NCBI GenBank assembly: GCA_966211915.1
Contig: CBIHNO010000015.1
Span: 9,857 to 73,856 of the forward strand
From: an uncultured Rhodanobacter sp.
GTDB lineage: Bacteria; Pseudomonadota; Gammaproteobacteria; Xanthomonadales; Rhodanobacteraceae
Direction of reading: 5' to 3'
Length of the DNA: 64,000 nt
The notes beneath the pieces are model-generated. The model ran no database searches. It had not been told where the DNA came from and saw only the letters and a list, made by a program, of their open reading frames with translations. Positions 17,382 to 30,009 of the stretch are shown here, piece after piece. The number at the start of each line of letters is the position of its first letter. Positions within the stretch are counted from its first letter, which is position 1. A program made the translations under genes and the position numbers.

Positions 17382-18845
17382 TCAGCTGGCGCGCTGACGT
17401 TCGCTGGAGGTGGGAATGCGCAGCCCCTCGCGGTACTTGGCAACGGTGCGACGGGCCACCTGGATGCCCTTGCGCTGCAGCTCCTCGGCAATCGCCTGGT
17501 CGGACAGTGGCTTGCGCGCATCCTCCGCGCCGATCAGCTTGCGCAGCATGGCCTGGATCGCGGTGGCCGACGCGCTGCCGCCGTCCTCGGTGGAGACGCC
17601 GCTGGAAAAAAAGTATTTCAGTTCGAACGTGCCGCGCGGTGTATGCAGGTACTTGCGGGTGGTGACGCGCGAGATGGTGGATTCGTGCATGCCCACTTCC
17701 TCGGCCACCTCGCGCAGCACCAGCGGGTGCATCGCTTCGGGGCCGTAGTCGAGGAACGCGCTCTGCCGCCGCACGATCGCATCGGCAACCTTGAGCAGGG
17801 TTTCGGCACGCGATTCCAGGCTCTTGATCAGCCAGCGCGCTTCCTGCAGCTGACCGCGCATCCAGCTGGCATCCTCACCGCGGGCACGGGCGATCAGGCC
17901 ACAGTAATGCTGGTTCAGACCGAGTCGCGGTTGCGCGTCCGGATTCAGGCTGACTCGCCAGCGGCCGCCGTCACGCACGGCGTAGACATCCGGTGCGACG
18001 TATTCCACCGGAGTCGCATCGAGTGCCGCGCCGGGGCGCGGATCGAGGCTGCGGATCAGCACTGCCGCTGCAGCCACATCGTCCTCGCTGGCACGCAGGC
18101 GTCGCGCGAGCCGGGCAATGTCGTTGCGCGCGAGCAGTTCCAACTCGGTGTCGACCATGCGCAGGGCCAGCTCGCGCTGCGGCGTGTCCGGGTCGAACTG
18201 TTCCAGTTGCACGCGCAGGCAGTCGCGCAGGTCGAGGCTGCCCACACCGGCAGGGTCGAAACCCTGCAACTGGCGGCGCACAGCGTCGACTTCGTCGAGA
18301 GTGGCGTTGAGATCGGCCGGTAGTGCGGCAAGTACCGCTTCCAGTCCTTCGGCCAGGTAGCCGGCGGTATTCAGTGCGTCGATCAGCACGGTGGCGATCA
18401 GGTGCTGGCGCGGGTTGAACGAGGCCAGGTTGAGTTGCCACAGCAGATGTTGCTGCAGGGTTTCCGGCGCGGCGTTCTGCGGCTCGAAGTCTTCGTCATT
18501 GCGCGAACCGGAGCCGCTGCTGACGCTGCTGCTGGAGAAGTCGATCGGCGCTTCGGCCACACCGCCGCCATCGGCCCAGTCGCTGCCGTCGTCGCCATCG
18601 TGCTCGCTGCTGCTGGTGGCGGCGACGCTCTCTGCGCTCGGGTATTCGCTTTCGGCGTCGGCGTTGTCGACCGTTTCGTCGTCCTCGACTTCCTCGGCGA
18701 ATTCCAGCAGCGGATTGCTTTCGGCGATCTGGCGCAACTCCGCTTCCAGCTCCAGCTGCGACAGCTGCAACAGACGGATCGCCTGCTGCAGCTGAGGCGT
18801 CAGGGTCAATTGCTGATGGAGGCGAAACTGCAGTGCGGGTTTCAT
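17382..18845 (-). CDS. rpoN: RNA polymerase sigma-54 factor
   Basis: Region I (LTLTPQLQQAIRLLQLS), HTH (GMHESTISR) and RpoN box (ARRTVAKYR). Confidence 0.97.
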   Translation of the reverse strand: MKPALQFRLHQQLTLTPQLQQAIRLLQLSQLELEAELRQIAESNPLLEFAEEVEDDETVDNADAESEYPSAESVAATSSSEHDGDDGSDWADGGGVAEAPIDFSSSSVSSGSGSRNDEDFEPQNAAPETLQQHLLWQLNLASFNPRQHLIATVLIDALNTAGYLAEGLEAVLAALPADLNATLDEVDAVRRQLQGFDPAGVGSLDLRDCLRVQLEQFDPDTPQRELALRMVDTELELLARNDIARLARRLRASEDDVAAAAVLIRSLDPRPGAALDATPVEYVAPDVYAVRDGGRWRVSLNPDAQPRLGLNQHYCGLIARARGEDASWMRGQLQEARWLIKSLESRAETLLKVADAIVRRQSAFLDYGPEAMHPLVLREVAEEVGMHESTISRVTTRKYLHTPRGTFELKYFFSSGVSTEDGGSASATAIQAMLRKLIGAEDARKPLSDQAIAEELQRKGIQVARRTVAKYREGLRIPTSSERQRAS

Positions 18846-19025
18846 GCCAGCCAGATCGAAGGAACTCGCGGCCATCCTAACGCTTGCCCGCAGATGCGGC
18901 CATAGCCAGACGGCATATCCAAGCTAGCCACGACAGCTATATGGGCATGGTATTGAACATGCCCTGCCCATGCGTGCCATGGATGGTTCGCGTAGCCAAG
19001 TACGGAGATGCGCCGGGCCTGGCGC

Positions 19026-19054
19026 GTTGAAAAGGGCGGGACAGCCCTTTCAAC
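19026..19054. terminator. Hairpin downstream of lptB
   Basis: GTTGAAAAGGGC-GGGACA-GCCCTTTCAAC inverted repeat. Confidence 0.6.
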
Positions 19055-19060
19055 AACTTG

Positions 19061-19780
<720 letters not shown>

Positions 19781-19783
19781 TGG

Positions 19784-20380
19784 TCAGTGTTGTCCCTGCG
19801 GTGCCGGACTGCTCTGGCTCGGTGCGGGCGCGGCGGCCTTGACGGGCGTTGCCCCGGCGGGCTTGGGCGTGGGCAGGAAGGTCATGTGCACCAGGCCGTC
19901 GCCGTTGCTTTCACCGGTCATCTGGCTGGTCTGGGTGTTGTAGGTGAGCCGGTCGCCTTTCGCGCTGCCACGGCCTTTCTGGTCGACCGATGCGTTGCCG
20001 GTGAGCACCGCGATCTGCTTGACGTTGTCGTAGTCGAGCGTGGCGGCGTTGCCCTGCATCAGGTTGCCGTTGTCGTCGAGCTGCTCGATATGCGCCGGAC
20101 TGCCGGTAATGACGACCCGCATGACGCTGTTGTTCGCATCCAGATAGACGGTGGCGAGGGCGCCGGTTGCCTTCAGCGTGCCCTGGGTGAGCAGCACGTT
20201 GTTCTTGTAGTGAATGATGCCATTGGCCTGCTGGGTGGCGTCGAACGACTTCGCCGTGATGTTGGCCGGCTGCTGGCGATCGTCCTGGCGCGCAAGCGCG
20301 GGCTGCAGCATGGCCAGTCCCAGGCCCAGAAGCGCAAGTTTAGTGACGCGGCTTGGCTGGCATGAACGTGCTGTGGACAT
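19784..20380 (-). CDS. lptA: LPS transport periplasmic protein LptA
   Basis: Signal peptide, ARQDDRQQPANITA, OstA-like beta-jellyroll pattern, position between lptC and lptB. Start is uncertain and overlaps lptC. Confidence 0.85.
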   Translation of the reverse strand: MSTARSCQPSRVTKLALLGLGLAMLQPALARQDDRQQPANITAKSFDATQQANGIIHYKNNVLLTQGTLKATGALATVYLDANNSVMRVVITGSPAHIEQLDDNGNLMQGNAATLDYDNVKQIAVLTGNASVDQKGRGSAKGDRLTYNTQTSQMTGESNGDGLVHMTFLPTPKPAGATPVKAAAPAPSQSSPAPQGQH

Positions 20381-20942
20381 CATCGAGCAACTCCAGGTGC
20401 TTGTTGGTGAGGTTGGCACGCATGCCGACCCCGCTGATTGTAGAGGCTCCCTGCTCGATCCGTGCCGGCTCAGCGGTTTCCAGGCGATTTTCCTTCGGCC
20501 AGGCCGTCACCTCGGAGGTGTGCATGTCGGTCGCCGGCGTGGTGCCGAAGGCCGGCCGGTGCATGAACACCGGCCCCTGCAGCTTGAGCAGGGTGCCGCC
20601 CTTGTTGACCCAGCCATACAGTGATTCGCCCTGCCAGTCCGGCACGCCAGCCTGCTTGGCGGGCAACTGGAAGGTCGGAGAATTGAGGTACAGCGATTCA
20701 TCGCCCTCGCGGCGCTCCAGGTGCGGCGCCTGCAGGCGGAAACTGGGTTCCCCGTCGACGTTGTATTCGATCACCTTGGCATTGGTCAGTGTGTAACCGG
20801 AGCGTGGCGGCCCGACAAAGTCATTGCTTCGCGCAGTCGGCCCCAGCCACCACAACAGCAACTGGCTCACGCCCGCGGCCAGCGCGATGGCGAGGGTTGC
20901 GGCCGGCAGGCGCCGGTCGCGCAGCCACAGGCGGAAGCTCAC
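20340..20942 (-). CDS. lptC: LPS export periplasmic protein LptC
   Basis: N-terminal TM segment, GPPRSGYTL and GVGMRANL motifs. The GTG start overlaps the kdsC stop (GTGA). Confidence 0.85.
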   Translation of the reverse strand: MSFRLWLRDRRLPAATLAIALAAGVSQLLLWWLGPTARSNDFVGPPRSGYTLTNAKVIEYNVDGEPSFRLQAPHLERREGDESLYLNSPTFQLPAKQAGVPDWQGESLYGWVNKGGTLLKLQGPVFMHRPAFGTTPATDMHTSEVTAWPKENRLETAEPARIEQGASTISGVGMRANLTNKHLELLDDVHSTFMPAKPRH

Positions 20943-21487
20943 TGCCAGCGCTCCCGCTCGGCATCGTCCTTGCCCTGCGCGTGCAGGATCAGATCGCACA
21001 CTTCGCGCGCGGCACCCATGCCGCCGCTCTTGGCGGTCTGCCAGTGCGCCGCCTCGGTCACCCACGGATGCGCGTTCGCCACCGCCACCGCCAGTCCGGC
21101 TATACGCATCGGCGGCAGGTCGGGCAGGTCGTCGCCGACGAAGGCGGCCTGTTCGGGTGTCAGATGCAGCGCGTCGAGCAGTTCTTGCAGGCAGGCACGC
21201 TTGTCGCCCTGGCCCTGGTAGACGTGGGCGATGTCCAGCTCTTCGGCACGCAGTGCCACCGGGTGGCTGATCCGAGCGGTGATCAGCGCGACCTGCACGC
21301 CGTTCGCCTGCAGGCGCTTCAGGCCGAGCCCGTCATGCACGTGGAACACCTTGGTCTCGCGGCCGTCTTCGCCGTACCACAGGCGACCGTCGGTCAGCGT
21401 GCCGTCCACGTCGAACACCGCCAGCCGGATCTTGGCGGCGCGGGTTAGGAGGTCAGTCGAGAGATTGGCGAGGTAGTCGATGGGCAC
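20939..21487 (-). CDS. kdsC: KDO 8-phosphate phosphatase (HAD)
   Basis: FDVDGTLTDG, FHVHDGLG, FVGDDLPD, GGMGAAREVCDLI. GTG start assumed. Confidence 0.92.
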   Translation of the reverse strand: MPIDYLANLSTDLLTRAAKIRLAVFDVDGTLTDGRLWYGEDGRETKVFHVHDGLGLKRLQANGVQVALITARISHPVALRAEELDIAHVYQGQGDKRACLQELLDALHLTPEQAAFVGDDLPDLPPMRIAGLAVAVANAHPWVTEAAHWQTAKSGGMGAAREVCDLILHAQGKDDAERERWQ

Positions 21488-21566
21488 GGAATGATGTTCT
21501 GGGGAAGCCAAGTCAAGAGCGGCGTATTTGATTTTTCTGATTTGTCGAGACAAATCAGAATCGGGA

Positions 21567-22577
21567 TCAGACCACACGCGCCCGCAGCAGATCATGAATA
21601 TTCAATGCACCGACCACGTGCTGTTCATCGTCGACCACCAGCAAGGCGTGGATCTGGTGCTTTTCCATCAGCTGCGCCGCTTCCGCAGCCAGCTTGTCGG
21701 CGCCGATCGTCTTGGGGCCGCGGGTCATCAGTTCGGCCACGGTGGCGCCGCGCAGGTCCACACCCTCGTCGTCCAGCGCGCGACGCAGGTCGCCGTCGGT
21801 GAATACGCCGAGCAGGCGCTGGTCGGCGTCGACCACGGCGGTCATGCCCAGGTGCTTGCGGGTCATCTCGACCAGCGCGGCCGTGATGCCTGAGTCCGGC
21901 GAGACGCGTGGTACGTCGTCGCCACTGTGCATCACGTCGCTGATGCGCAGCAGCAGGCGCCGGCCCAGCGCACCGGCCGGGTGCGAGCGGGCGAAATCGT
22001 CCGAGGTGAAGCCGCGCGCTTCCAGCAGCGCGATCGCCAGCGCATCGCCCAGCACCAGCGCGACGGTGGTGCTGGTGGTCGGCGCCAGGCCGAGCGGGCA
22101 GGCTTCGCTGGAAATGCTGCCATCCAGATGCACGTCAGCCTGGCTCGCCAGCGAAGAGCCGGGCTTGCCGGTGATCGCGATCAGCGGGATGCCCTGGCGC
22201 TTGATCACCGGCAGGATGAACAGCAGCTCGTCGGTCTCGCCGGAGTAGGACAGCGCCAGCACCACGTCCTGCGGCAGGATCATGCCCAGATCGCCGTGGC
22301 TGGCTTCGCCCGGATGCACGAAGAACGCTGGCGTGCCGGTCGAGGCCAGGGTGGCGGCGATCTTGCGTGCCACATGGCCGGACTTGCCCATGCCGCTGAC
22401 CACCACACGGCCCTTGCAGGCCAGGATCAGCCGGCAGGCCTCGACGAAGTCCGCCCCGATTCGCGGCTCCAGCGCATGCACCGCGGCCGCTTCGGTGGCA
22501 ATCACCGTGCGCGCGCTGCGCGTGATGGCGTCCGGACTCATGTCGATCGGGGCTGGCGAGGCGATGCGTGCGTTCAT
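21567..22577 (-). CDS. kdsD: Arabinose 5-phosphate isomerase (KpsF/GutQ family)
   Basis: SIS domain (SGMGKSGH, HPGEASHGDLG, APTTSTT) plus two CBS domains. Confidence 0.95.
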   Translation of the reverse strand: MNARIASPAPIDMSPDAITRSARTVIATEAAAVHALEPRIGADFVEACRLILACKGRVVVSGMGKSGHVARKIAATLASTGTPAFFVHPGEASHGDLGMILPQDVVLALSYSGETDELLFILPVIKRQGIPLIAITGKPGSSLASQADVHLDGSISSEACPLGLAPTTSTTVALVLGDALAIALLEARGFTSDDFARSHPAGALGRRLLLRISDVMHSGDDVPRVSPDSGITAALVEMTRKHLGMTAVVDADQRLLGVFTDGDLRRALDDEGVDLRGATVAELMTRGPKTIGADKLAAEAAQLMEKHQIHALLVVDDEQHVVGALNIHDLLRARVV

Positions 22578-22790
22578 GGAGGCTCGGTGAAAGAAGGAAT
22601 CAGGTACCGCTGACGCCATGGCGACGAGGCGCCGGTTGTGCTGATCTGGGACCGTTGTCGTTTCTGCGCCAGCGGATTTCCATTACCATGGCACATTCGT
22701 ATTTTAACGTCATAAGTCAGCGCAATGGATTCCGGCAACGGCTGAATCCAGGTTTTTGCCGACTCAAGCTCCCGTATTGGAACACCCCCG

Positions 22791-23033
22791 ATGGACTCAG
22801 CCAGCATCCAGGCAATGATCGAAAACGGCCTGCCCGGTGCCCAGGCCGTGGTCAGTGGCGCCGATGGCGTGCATTTCGAGGCCACCGTGGTGGCCAGCCA
22901 GTTCGCCGGCAAGTTGCCGTTGGCGCGGCATCGGCTGGTGTATGCCACGCTGGGCGACCTGATGGGCGGCGCGATCCACGCGCTGGCGCTGAAAACCCTG
23001 ACACCCGAGGAAGCCGCGGCGCGCCAAGGGTGA
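22791..23033 (+). CDS. ibaG: BolA/IbaG family protein
   Basis: GADGVHFEATVV, RHRLVYATLG and IHALALKT motifs. Lies upstream of murA. Confidence 0.85.
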   Translation: MDSASIQAMIENGLPGAQAVVSGADGVHFEATVVASQFAGKLPLARHRLVYATLGDLMGGAIHALALKTLTPEEAAARQG

Positions 23034-24374
<1,341 letters not shown>

Positions 24375-24390
24375 GTCGTTGATCGTCGCA

Positions 24391-24424
24391 AACAAAAAAG
24401 CCTGCGATGCCGGGCTTTTTTGTT
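24391..24424. terminator. Bidirectional intrinsic terminator between murA and the DUF3108 gene
   Basis: AACAAAAAAGCC-N10-GGCTTTTTTGTT with A and T tracts on both sides. Confidence 0.85.
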
Positions 24425-24454
24425 TCGGGTTGCTGGATAAATCCGAAGCTGTCC

Positions 24455-25165
24455 TCAGTTGGCGCGGTAGCTCACCAGCTCCATCGTCAGATCGCCGCCA
24501 TCGTGTTGCGACAATTTCACCGGCAACAGATAGCGGGCCGGTACGTACCACGCGCTGAAACCGCGCTCGGCATCGGTGCGGTCGATCCGCTCGGCGTTGA
24601 AGTTGCCGGCCGGAACCTTGATGGCTTCCTTGCCGGTCACCTTGAAGCTCTGCGTCTGCACCTGCTGGCGCACGGCGACCGGCAGGGTGATCTGCTGCTT
24701 GCCGTCGCGCAGCGCCAGGCCAAGCGCCAGTGACGTGGTATTGCGCTCGACCATGCCGGGGCTGGCCGGATAGGTCTGTGGACCCTTGCCTTCGTCGAGG
24801 GTCACCTGATTGCTGGCCCAGTCGACGGTCATGTGCCGCTGCTTGTTCTTGATGCCGGTCTGCAGCTGGTAGTCGTAGCTGACCGCTTCGGGCGCATCGT
24901 CTTTCCAGCGGAAGCGCGAGGTCTCGGTGAGGCTGGCGCCGAGCATCGCGGCCAGTCCGCCGGTGCTCTTGACGTCCTTGCTGTAGATCCACTCGCCATG
25001 GCCGGCGCTGCGCAGGGTGACCGTGGCAACGCCCATCGGCTCGCCGCCTTGCGACACGTTATACGTGGCGGTGAAGGCGCCGGGCATGGTGGTGGCGAGG
25101 ACGGTCTGGCTACCGAGCAGCAGGCCGAGGCCGAATACGGGAGCAAGCAGGGTTCGGATAGTCAT
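24455..25165 (-). CDS. DUF3108 domain exported protein
   Basis: Signal peptide, FTATYNV, ETSRF and WYVPARYLLPVKL motifs. Conserved position after purN. Confidence 0.75.
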   Translation of the reverse strand: MTIRTLLAPVFGLGLLLGSQTVLATTMPGAFTATYNVSQGGEPMGVATVTLRSAGHGEWIYSKDVKSTGGLAAMLGASLTETSRFRWKDDAPEAVSYDYQLQTGIKNKQRHMTVDWASNQVTLDEGKGPQTYPASPGMVERNTTSLALGLALRDGKQQITLPVAVRQQVQTQSFKVTGKEAIKVPAGNFNAERIDRTDAERGFSAWYVPARYLLPVKLSQHDGGDLTMELVSYRAN

Positions 25166-25200
25166 GTGCCGAGTCTGCCGGCGCGGGGCTGAACCGGGGA

Positions 25201-25872
25201 TCACTCTGCGGGCCGCAGGCCTTCATCGCCGAGCACCAGCGGCTTGTGCAAAGGCTGCCCGTCGAATCGCGCCGCGTGACCATCCCATTGCAGGCGCCGA
25301 TTGGCCAGCAAGCCCAGCACGGCCGGCAGCAGACGGTGTTCCAGCGGCAACAGCCGTTGCGCCAGCTGGTGTTCGTCGTCGCCGGCAGCGATTGCGAGGT
25401 GCGCCTGCGCGATCACCGGGCCACCGTCCAGTTCGGCGGTGACGAAATGCACGCTGGCGCCGTGCTCATGATCGCCCGCTTCCAGTGCGCGGCGATGGGT
25501 ATGCAGGCCGCGGTATTTCGGCAGCAGCGACGGGTGGATATTGATCATCCGGCCGACCCATGGCATCAGCGCCTCGCCATCGAGGATGCGCATGAAGCCG
25601 GCCAGCACCAGCCACTCGGCGCCACTGGCGCTGATGCGGGCGAACAGGTCCAGATCGAACGCACGCCGATCCGGATAACTGCGCGAATCGAGCGCCAGCG
25701 TGGGGATATTGGCCGCTTCGGCCAGTCGCAGCGCGCCGGCGCTGGCCTTGTCGCTGCCGACCAATACGAAATCGACCGGCAGTTCACCGCGCTCGCGCGC
25801 GGCAAGCAGGGCGGCGAGGTTGCTGCCGCGTCCGGAGGCAAGCACGGCGACGCGTGGCAATGGTGTAGTCAT
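25201..25872 (-). CDS. purN: Phosphoribosylglycinamide formyltransferase
   Basis: VLASGRGSNL, LAGFMRIL, INIHPSLLP, GASVHFVT, LDGGP. Confidence 0.97.
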   Translation of the reverse strand: MTTPLPRVAVLASGRGSNLAALLAARERGELPVDFVLVGSDKASAGALRLAEAANIPTLALDSRSYPDRRAFDLDLFARISASGAEWLVLAGFMRILDGEALMPWVGRMINIHPSLLPKYRGLHTHRRALEAGDHEHGASVHFVTAELDGGPVIAQAHLAIAAGDDEHQLAQRLLPLEHRLLPAVLGLLANRRLQWDGHAARFDGQPLHKPLVLGDEGLRPAE

Positions 25873-25895
25873 CGAAGGCGTTGCAGAGTCGTGGT

Positions 25896-26924
25896 TCAGA
25901 CGATCCGCACGCGCTCATCGCCCTGCGCCGGTACGATCTCGCCGATCACCGAACTGGCCAGGCCATGCTTGGTCAGCAGGGTCGAGGCGGCACTGACCGC
26001 ATCGCGCGGCAGGATCACGGTGAAGCCGACGCCGCAGTTGAACGTGCGCCACATTTCCTCGCGCGCCACCTTGCCTTCGCGCATCAGCCAGTCGAATACC
26101 GGCGGCAGCACGATGGTGCTGGCATCCAGTGCGATGCCCAGGCCGTCCGGCACCACGCGGATGATGTTCTCTTTCAGGCCGCCACCGGTGATGTGGGCCA
26201 TGCCATGCACTGGCGTCGACTTCAGGAGTTCAAGCATCGACTTGACGTAGATCGTGGTCGGCGCCATCAGCGCGTCGGCCAGCTTCACGCCGCCGAGATC
26301 GAGATCGAGCGGGTTGCCGGCGCGCTCGAGAATCTTGCGGACCAGCGAGTAACCGTTCGAGTGCGGACCCGACGAGGCCACGCCGAGAATCACGTCACCG
26401 GCGACGATGCCTTCGCCGCCGAGCATCTGCGACTTCTCCACCGCGCCGACAGTGAAGCCGGCCAGGTCGTATTCGCCCGGCGGATACATGTCCGGCATTT
26501 CCGCGGTCTCGCCGCCGATCAGCGCGCAGCCGGCTAGTTCGCAGCCCTTCGCGATGCCGCCGACCACCGCGACTGCGGTGTCCACGTCCAGCTTGCCGGT
26601 GGCGAAGTAGTCGAGGAAGAACAGCGGCTCGGCGCCCTGCACCAGCACGTCGTTGACGCACATGCCGACCAGGTCGATGCCGATGGTGTCGTGGCGGTTG
26701 AGGATCTGCGCCAGCTTCAGCTTGGTGCCGACGCCGTCGGTGCCGGATACCAGCACTGGCTCCTTGTAGCGGCCGGACAGATCGAACAGGCCGCCGAAGC
26801 CGCCCAGTCCGCCCATCACTTCGGGGCGGGAGGTGCGCTTGACCAGCGGCTTGATGCGTTCGACCAGCGCATTGCCGGCGTCGATGTCAACGCCGGCGGC
26901 GCGGTAGGTGAGGGCGTCAGACAT
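25896..26924 (-). CDS. purM: AIR synthase
   Basis: [51 protein letters not shown]. Confidence 0.97.
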   Translation of the reverse strand: MSDALTYRAAGVDIDAGNALVERIKPLVKRTSRPEVMGGLGGFGGLFDLSGRYKEPVLVSGTDGVGTKLKLAQILNRHDTIGIDLVGMCVNDVLVQGAEPLFFLDYFATGKLDVDTAVAVVGGIAKGCELAGCALIGGETAEMPDMYPPGEYDLAGFTVGAVEKSQMLGGEGIVAGDVILGVASSGPHSNGYSLVRKILERAGNPLDLDLGGVKLADALMAPTTIYVKSMLELLKSTPVHGMAHITGGGLKENIIRVVPDGLGIALDASTIVLPPVFDWLMREGKVAREEMWRTFNCGVGFTVILPRDAVSAASTLLTKHGLASSVIGEIVPAQGDERVRIV

Positions 26925-27090
26925 GGCGAGGACCTTGGTCAGGATCTGCGGCGTGGATGAAACGCGCAAGTTTAACAGCTTGTGGCGCCGTTGCCGGCCG
27001 CCGGATGCCGGTTTGGTGACGGCTCCGATGGACGCTGGGGGCGCGATTGGGCAGACTTCCGGGAGCTTTCCTCCGAAGATGCCCACACCC

Positions 27091-28080
27091 ATGCGCCTGT
27101 CCCGCCTGTTGATCGTCGCCCTGTTGCTGGGTTTTGCCGCACTGTCACCGCTGCATGCGCAGAGTTCGGGCTCGCCGTACTCGGTCGTGGTACCGGTGGC
27201 CGACACCAGCGACGCGCAACGCGATCAGGCGTTCGCCACCGCGCTCGGGCAGGTGCTAACACGGATTGCCGGCGGCCAGGATCTGCGCAGCAATGCCGGT
27301 TACGCCGATGCACTGGGCAAGGCCGGCTCGATCGTGCAGAAATTCCAGTACCAGCGCGCCGCCACCGGCATGATCCTGAACGTGGAGTTCGAGCCGGGTT
27401 CGGTGCGCCGGCTGGTGTCGACGCTCGGCGTGGCGAGCGCGGGGATCAAGCCGCCGGTCCTGTTGCTGGTGCAGGACAACGACGGCCACCAACTCAATCA
27501 GACGGCGCTGGCCAGTCTGGCCGCGGCCGCGGCCAGGCGCGGCACCAACGTGGTGTATCCCGATGCCGCCAGCGCGCCGGATACGACGAAGGTCGCCAGC
27601 GCCGATCCGGCCGCATTGGCAACGATCAACCAGCAGTACCACACCGGCCTGGTCCTGCTCGGCAAGCTGCACGACAGCACCGCCGATTGGACGCTGATTT
27701 CCGGCGGCCAGCCGCAGCACTGGAGCAGCCAGGGCGCGACCCGCGACGTGCTGCTCGGCGATGCCGGCAACAGCATGGTCGATCACATCGGCAAGCAGCT
27801 CAACGTGATCGGCGCGGGTCCCAGCGAGGGCAAGCTGTGGATCAGCGGGCTGACCTCGGCGACGGATTACGCGAACCTGCTGGCCACCCTGCAGGCCGAC
27901 CCTTCGGTCAAGCAGGTGACGACGCTGGGCGCGGAGAACGATGCCGTACTGCTGGACGTCAAGGCGTCCGTGCCGATGAGCGGACTGGCCGCGAATCTTG
28001 CTGCTGGTGGCCGCCTGCTGTTGCAGGGTGAGCGGCATCCTGGCGCCGACGCAAACCTGCGCTGGCTGTCGGGCCATTGA
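27091..28080 (+). CDS. DUF2066 domain exported protein
   Basis: Signal peptide (LHA-Q), position between purM and the AI-2E/hda genes, [12 protein letters not shown] pattern. Confidence 0.7.
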   Translation: MRLSRLLIVALLLGFAALSPLHAQSSGSPYSVVVPVADTSDAQRDQAFATALGQVLTRIAGGQDLRSNAGYADALGKAGSIVQKFQYQRAATGMILNVEFEPGSVRRLVSTLGVASAGIKPPVLLLVQDNDGHQLNQTALASLAAAAARRGTNVVYPDAASAPDTTKVASADPAALATINQQYHTGLVLLGKLHDSTADWTLISGGQPQHWSSQGATRDVLLGDAGNSMVDHIGKQLNVIGAGPSEGKLWISGLTSATDYANLLATLQADPSVKQVTTLGAENDAVLLDVKASVPMSGLAANLAAGGRLLLQGERHPGADANLRWLSGH

Positions 28081-28082
28081 GC

Positions 28083-29255
28083 ATGAATCAGGACACTTCG
28101 CGCCGTTGGCAGCTGTTTGCCATCACGGCGGTCATTGTTTACCTGATCTGGTTGCTGGCGCCGGTGCTGATGCCGTTCGCAGTCGCCGCCATGCTGGCCT
28201 ATCTGGGCGATCCGCTGGCCGACCGGCTGGAGCGGCTCGGGCTGAACCGCAATTGGGCAGCCACCATTGTTTTCGCGGTGCTGCTGGTCGTGGTGGTCGG
28301 CGTGCTGCTGCTGCTGATTCCGCTGATCGCGCGGCAGGTCGAGAACCTGATCGAGAACCTGCCGCGCTACGGGGATTGGGCGCAGAACGTGGCATGGCCG
28401 TGGTTGCAGGCCCGCCTGCATCTGGATCCGCATACCTTCGACAGCGACCGCCTGCTGGCCGCAATCAAGGCGCATATCGGCTCGATCGGCGATGTCGCCA
28501 CGACGGTGCTGGGCAAGGTGTCGCGCTCCGGGCTGGGCGTCGTCATGTGGATGACCAACCTGGTGCTGATCCCGGTGGTGGCGTTCTACCTGCTGCGCGA
28601 CTGGGACCGCCTGGTCGCCACGGTCGACCGCATGCTGCCGCGCTCGATCCAGCCGACCATTGCGCATCTGGCGCGCGAGTCCGACAAGATCCTCGGTGCG
28701 TTCGTGCGCGGCCAGCTGCTGGTGATGCTGGCGTTGGGCGTGTTCTATGGCGCAGGTCTGGGGCTGGTCGGACTATCGGTCGGCCTGCTGATCGGCTTGG
28801 TCGCCGGCCTGCTCAGCTTCGTGCCGTACCTGGGTTTCATCATCGGCTTCGTCGCGGCGATCATCGCCGCACTGGTGCAATACGGCGACTGGACCCACGT
28901 GCTGCTGGTCTGCGGCGTGTTCATGGTCGGCCAGCTGCTGGAAGGCTATGTGCTGGTGCCCAAGCTGGTCGGCGACAAGATCGGCCTGCATCCTGTAGCG
29001 GTGATCTTCGCGGTGCTGGCCGGCGGTTATCTGTTCGGCTTCCTCGGCGTGCTGCTGGCGCTGCCGGCGGCGTCGGTGATCATGGTGCTGCTGCGCTACC
29101 TGCTCGAACGCTACCGGTTGAGCGAGCTGTACAACGAGCAGGGGCCGGACGATCCGGTGATCACCGAAGTGGACGTCAGCGTGCATCGCGACGGCGAGGT
29201 GGACACCACGACCACGGTGGCACCAGCTCCGCAGGGCGACCGGGCCGAACCATGA
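28083..29255 (+). CDS. AI-2E family transporter (PerM-like)
   Basis: LAYLGDPL, FVRGQLLV, SFVPYLG, GLHPVAVIF and LLALP motifs. Confidence 0.9.
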   Translation: MNQDTSRRWQLFAITAVIVYLIWLLAPVLMPFAVAAMLAYLGDPLADRLERLGLNRNWAATIVFAVLLVVVVGVLLLLIPLIARQVENLIENLPRYGDWAQNVAWPWLQARLHLDPHTFDSDRLLAAIKAHIGSIGDVATTVLGKVSRSGLGVVMWMTNLVLIPVVAFYLLRDWDRLVATVDRMLPRSIQPTIAHLARESDKILGAFVRGQLLVMLALGVFYGAGLGLVGLSVGLLIGLVAGLLSFVPYLGFIIGFVAAIIAALVQYGDWTHVLLVCGVFMVGQLLEGYVLVPKLVGDKIGLHPVAVIFAVLAGGYLFGFLGVLLALPAASVIMVLLRYLLERYRLSELYNEQGPDDPVITEVDVSVHRDGEVDTTTTVAPAPQGDRAEP

Positions 29256-29959
29256 TCCCGCAGCTGCCGCTGGCGCTGCGCTGGCCACGTCGCCAGCGCT
29301 TCGAACATTTCCATGCCGGCGCCAACGCGGCCGCGCTGGCCGCAGTGCAAACGCTGGCGCTGGAACCCGGTGCGCCGTGGATCTATCTGCATGGCGCCAG
29401 CGGGAGTGGCCGCAGTCATCTGTTGATGGCCGCCTGCCAGGCAGCGAGTGCTGCCGGCCGGCGCGTGCAATATCTGCCGCTGGCAACGATCACAGATCAT
29501 GTGGCTGCCTTGCGCGGCGTGGCCGGCAGCGAACTGCTGGCGCTGGACGACCTCGGCGCCATCGCCGGCAACCGCGAAGCGGAGCATGCGCTGTTCGACC
29601 TCTACAACCGCGCCCGCGCCGAAGGCAGCGCCCTGTTGTTCGCCGCCGATGCCACCCCGGCCCAGCTCGGCATCGAACTGCCCGACCTGCGTTCACGCCT
29701 CGGCGCCTGCACCCAGTTTGCACTGAAGCCACTCGACGATGACGAACGCCGCGCCGTGCTGAAAGCGCAGGCCGCCTCGCGCGGCATCGAACTGGACGAC
29801 AGCGTGCTGGACTGGCTGTTCGCCCGTTATGCGCGCGACCTCGGCGCGTTGCTTGATCTACTCGACCGGCTCGATGTGGCATCGCTTGCCGCGCAACGGC
29901 GGATCACGGTGCCGTTCTTGCGCGGCTTCCTGCGCGAAACGGGTGAAGCCTCTCCCTGA
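29252..29959 (+). CDS. hda: DnaA regulatory inactivator Hda
   Basis: QLPL clamp-binding motif, degenerate Walker A (GASGSGRSHL), LDDL, FDLYN, PDLRSRL. Confidence 0.93.
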   Translation: MIPQLPLALRWPRRQRFEHFHAGANAAALAAVQTLALEPGAPWIYLHGASGSGRSHLLMAACQAASAAGRRVQYLPLATITDHVAALRGVAGSELLALDDLGAIAGNREAEHALFDLYNRARAEGSALLFAADATPAQLGIELPDLRSRLGACTQFALKPLDDDERRAVLKAQAASRGIELDDSVLDWLFARYARDLGALLDLLDRLDVASLAAQRRITVPFLRGFLRETGEASP

Positions 29960-29964
29960 AACAG

Positions 29965-29993
29965 CGAAGGCGCCCCGGGGCGCCTTCGTTTCT
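29965..29993 (+). terminator. Intrinsic terminator after hda
   Basis: CGAAGGCGCC-CCGG-GGCGCCTTCG followed by TTTCT. Confidence 0.8.
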
Positions 29994-30009
29994 CAATCGG
30001 ACAAATCAC

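Noticed and set aside
27998-29251. Apparent 418-aa N-terminal extension of Hda
   Set aside because: Out-of-frame overlap with the AI-2E gene. Hda starts at 29252 (MIPQLPL).
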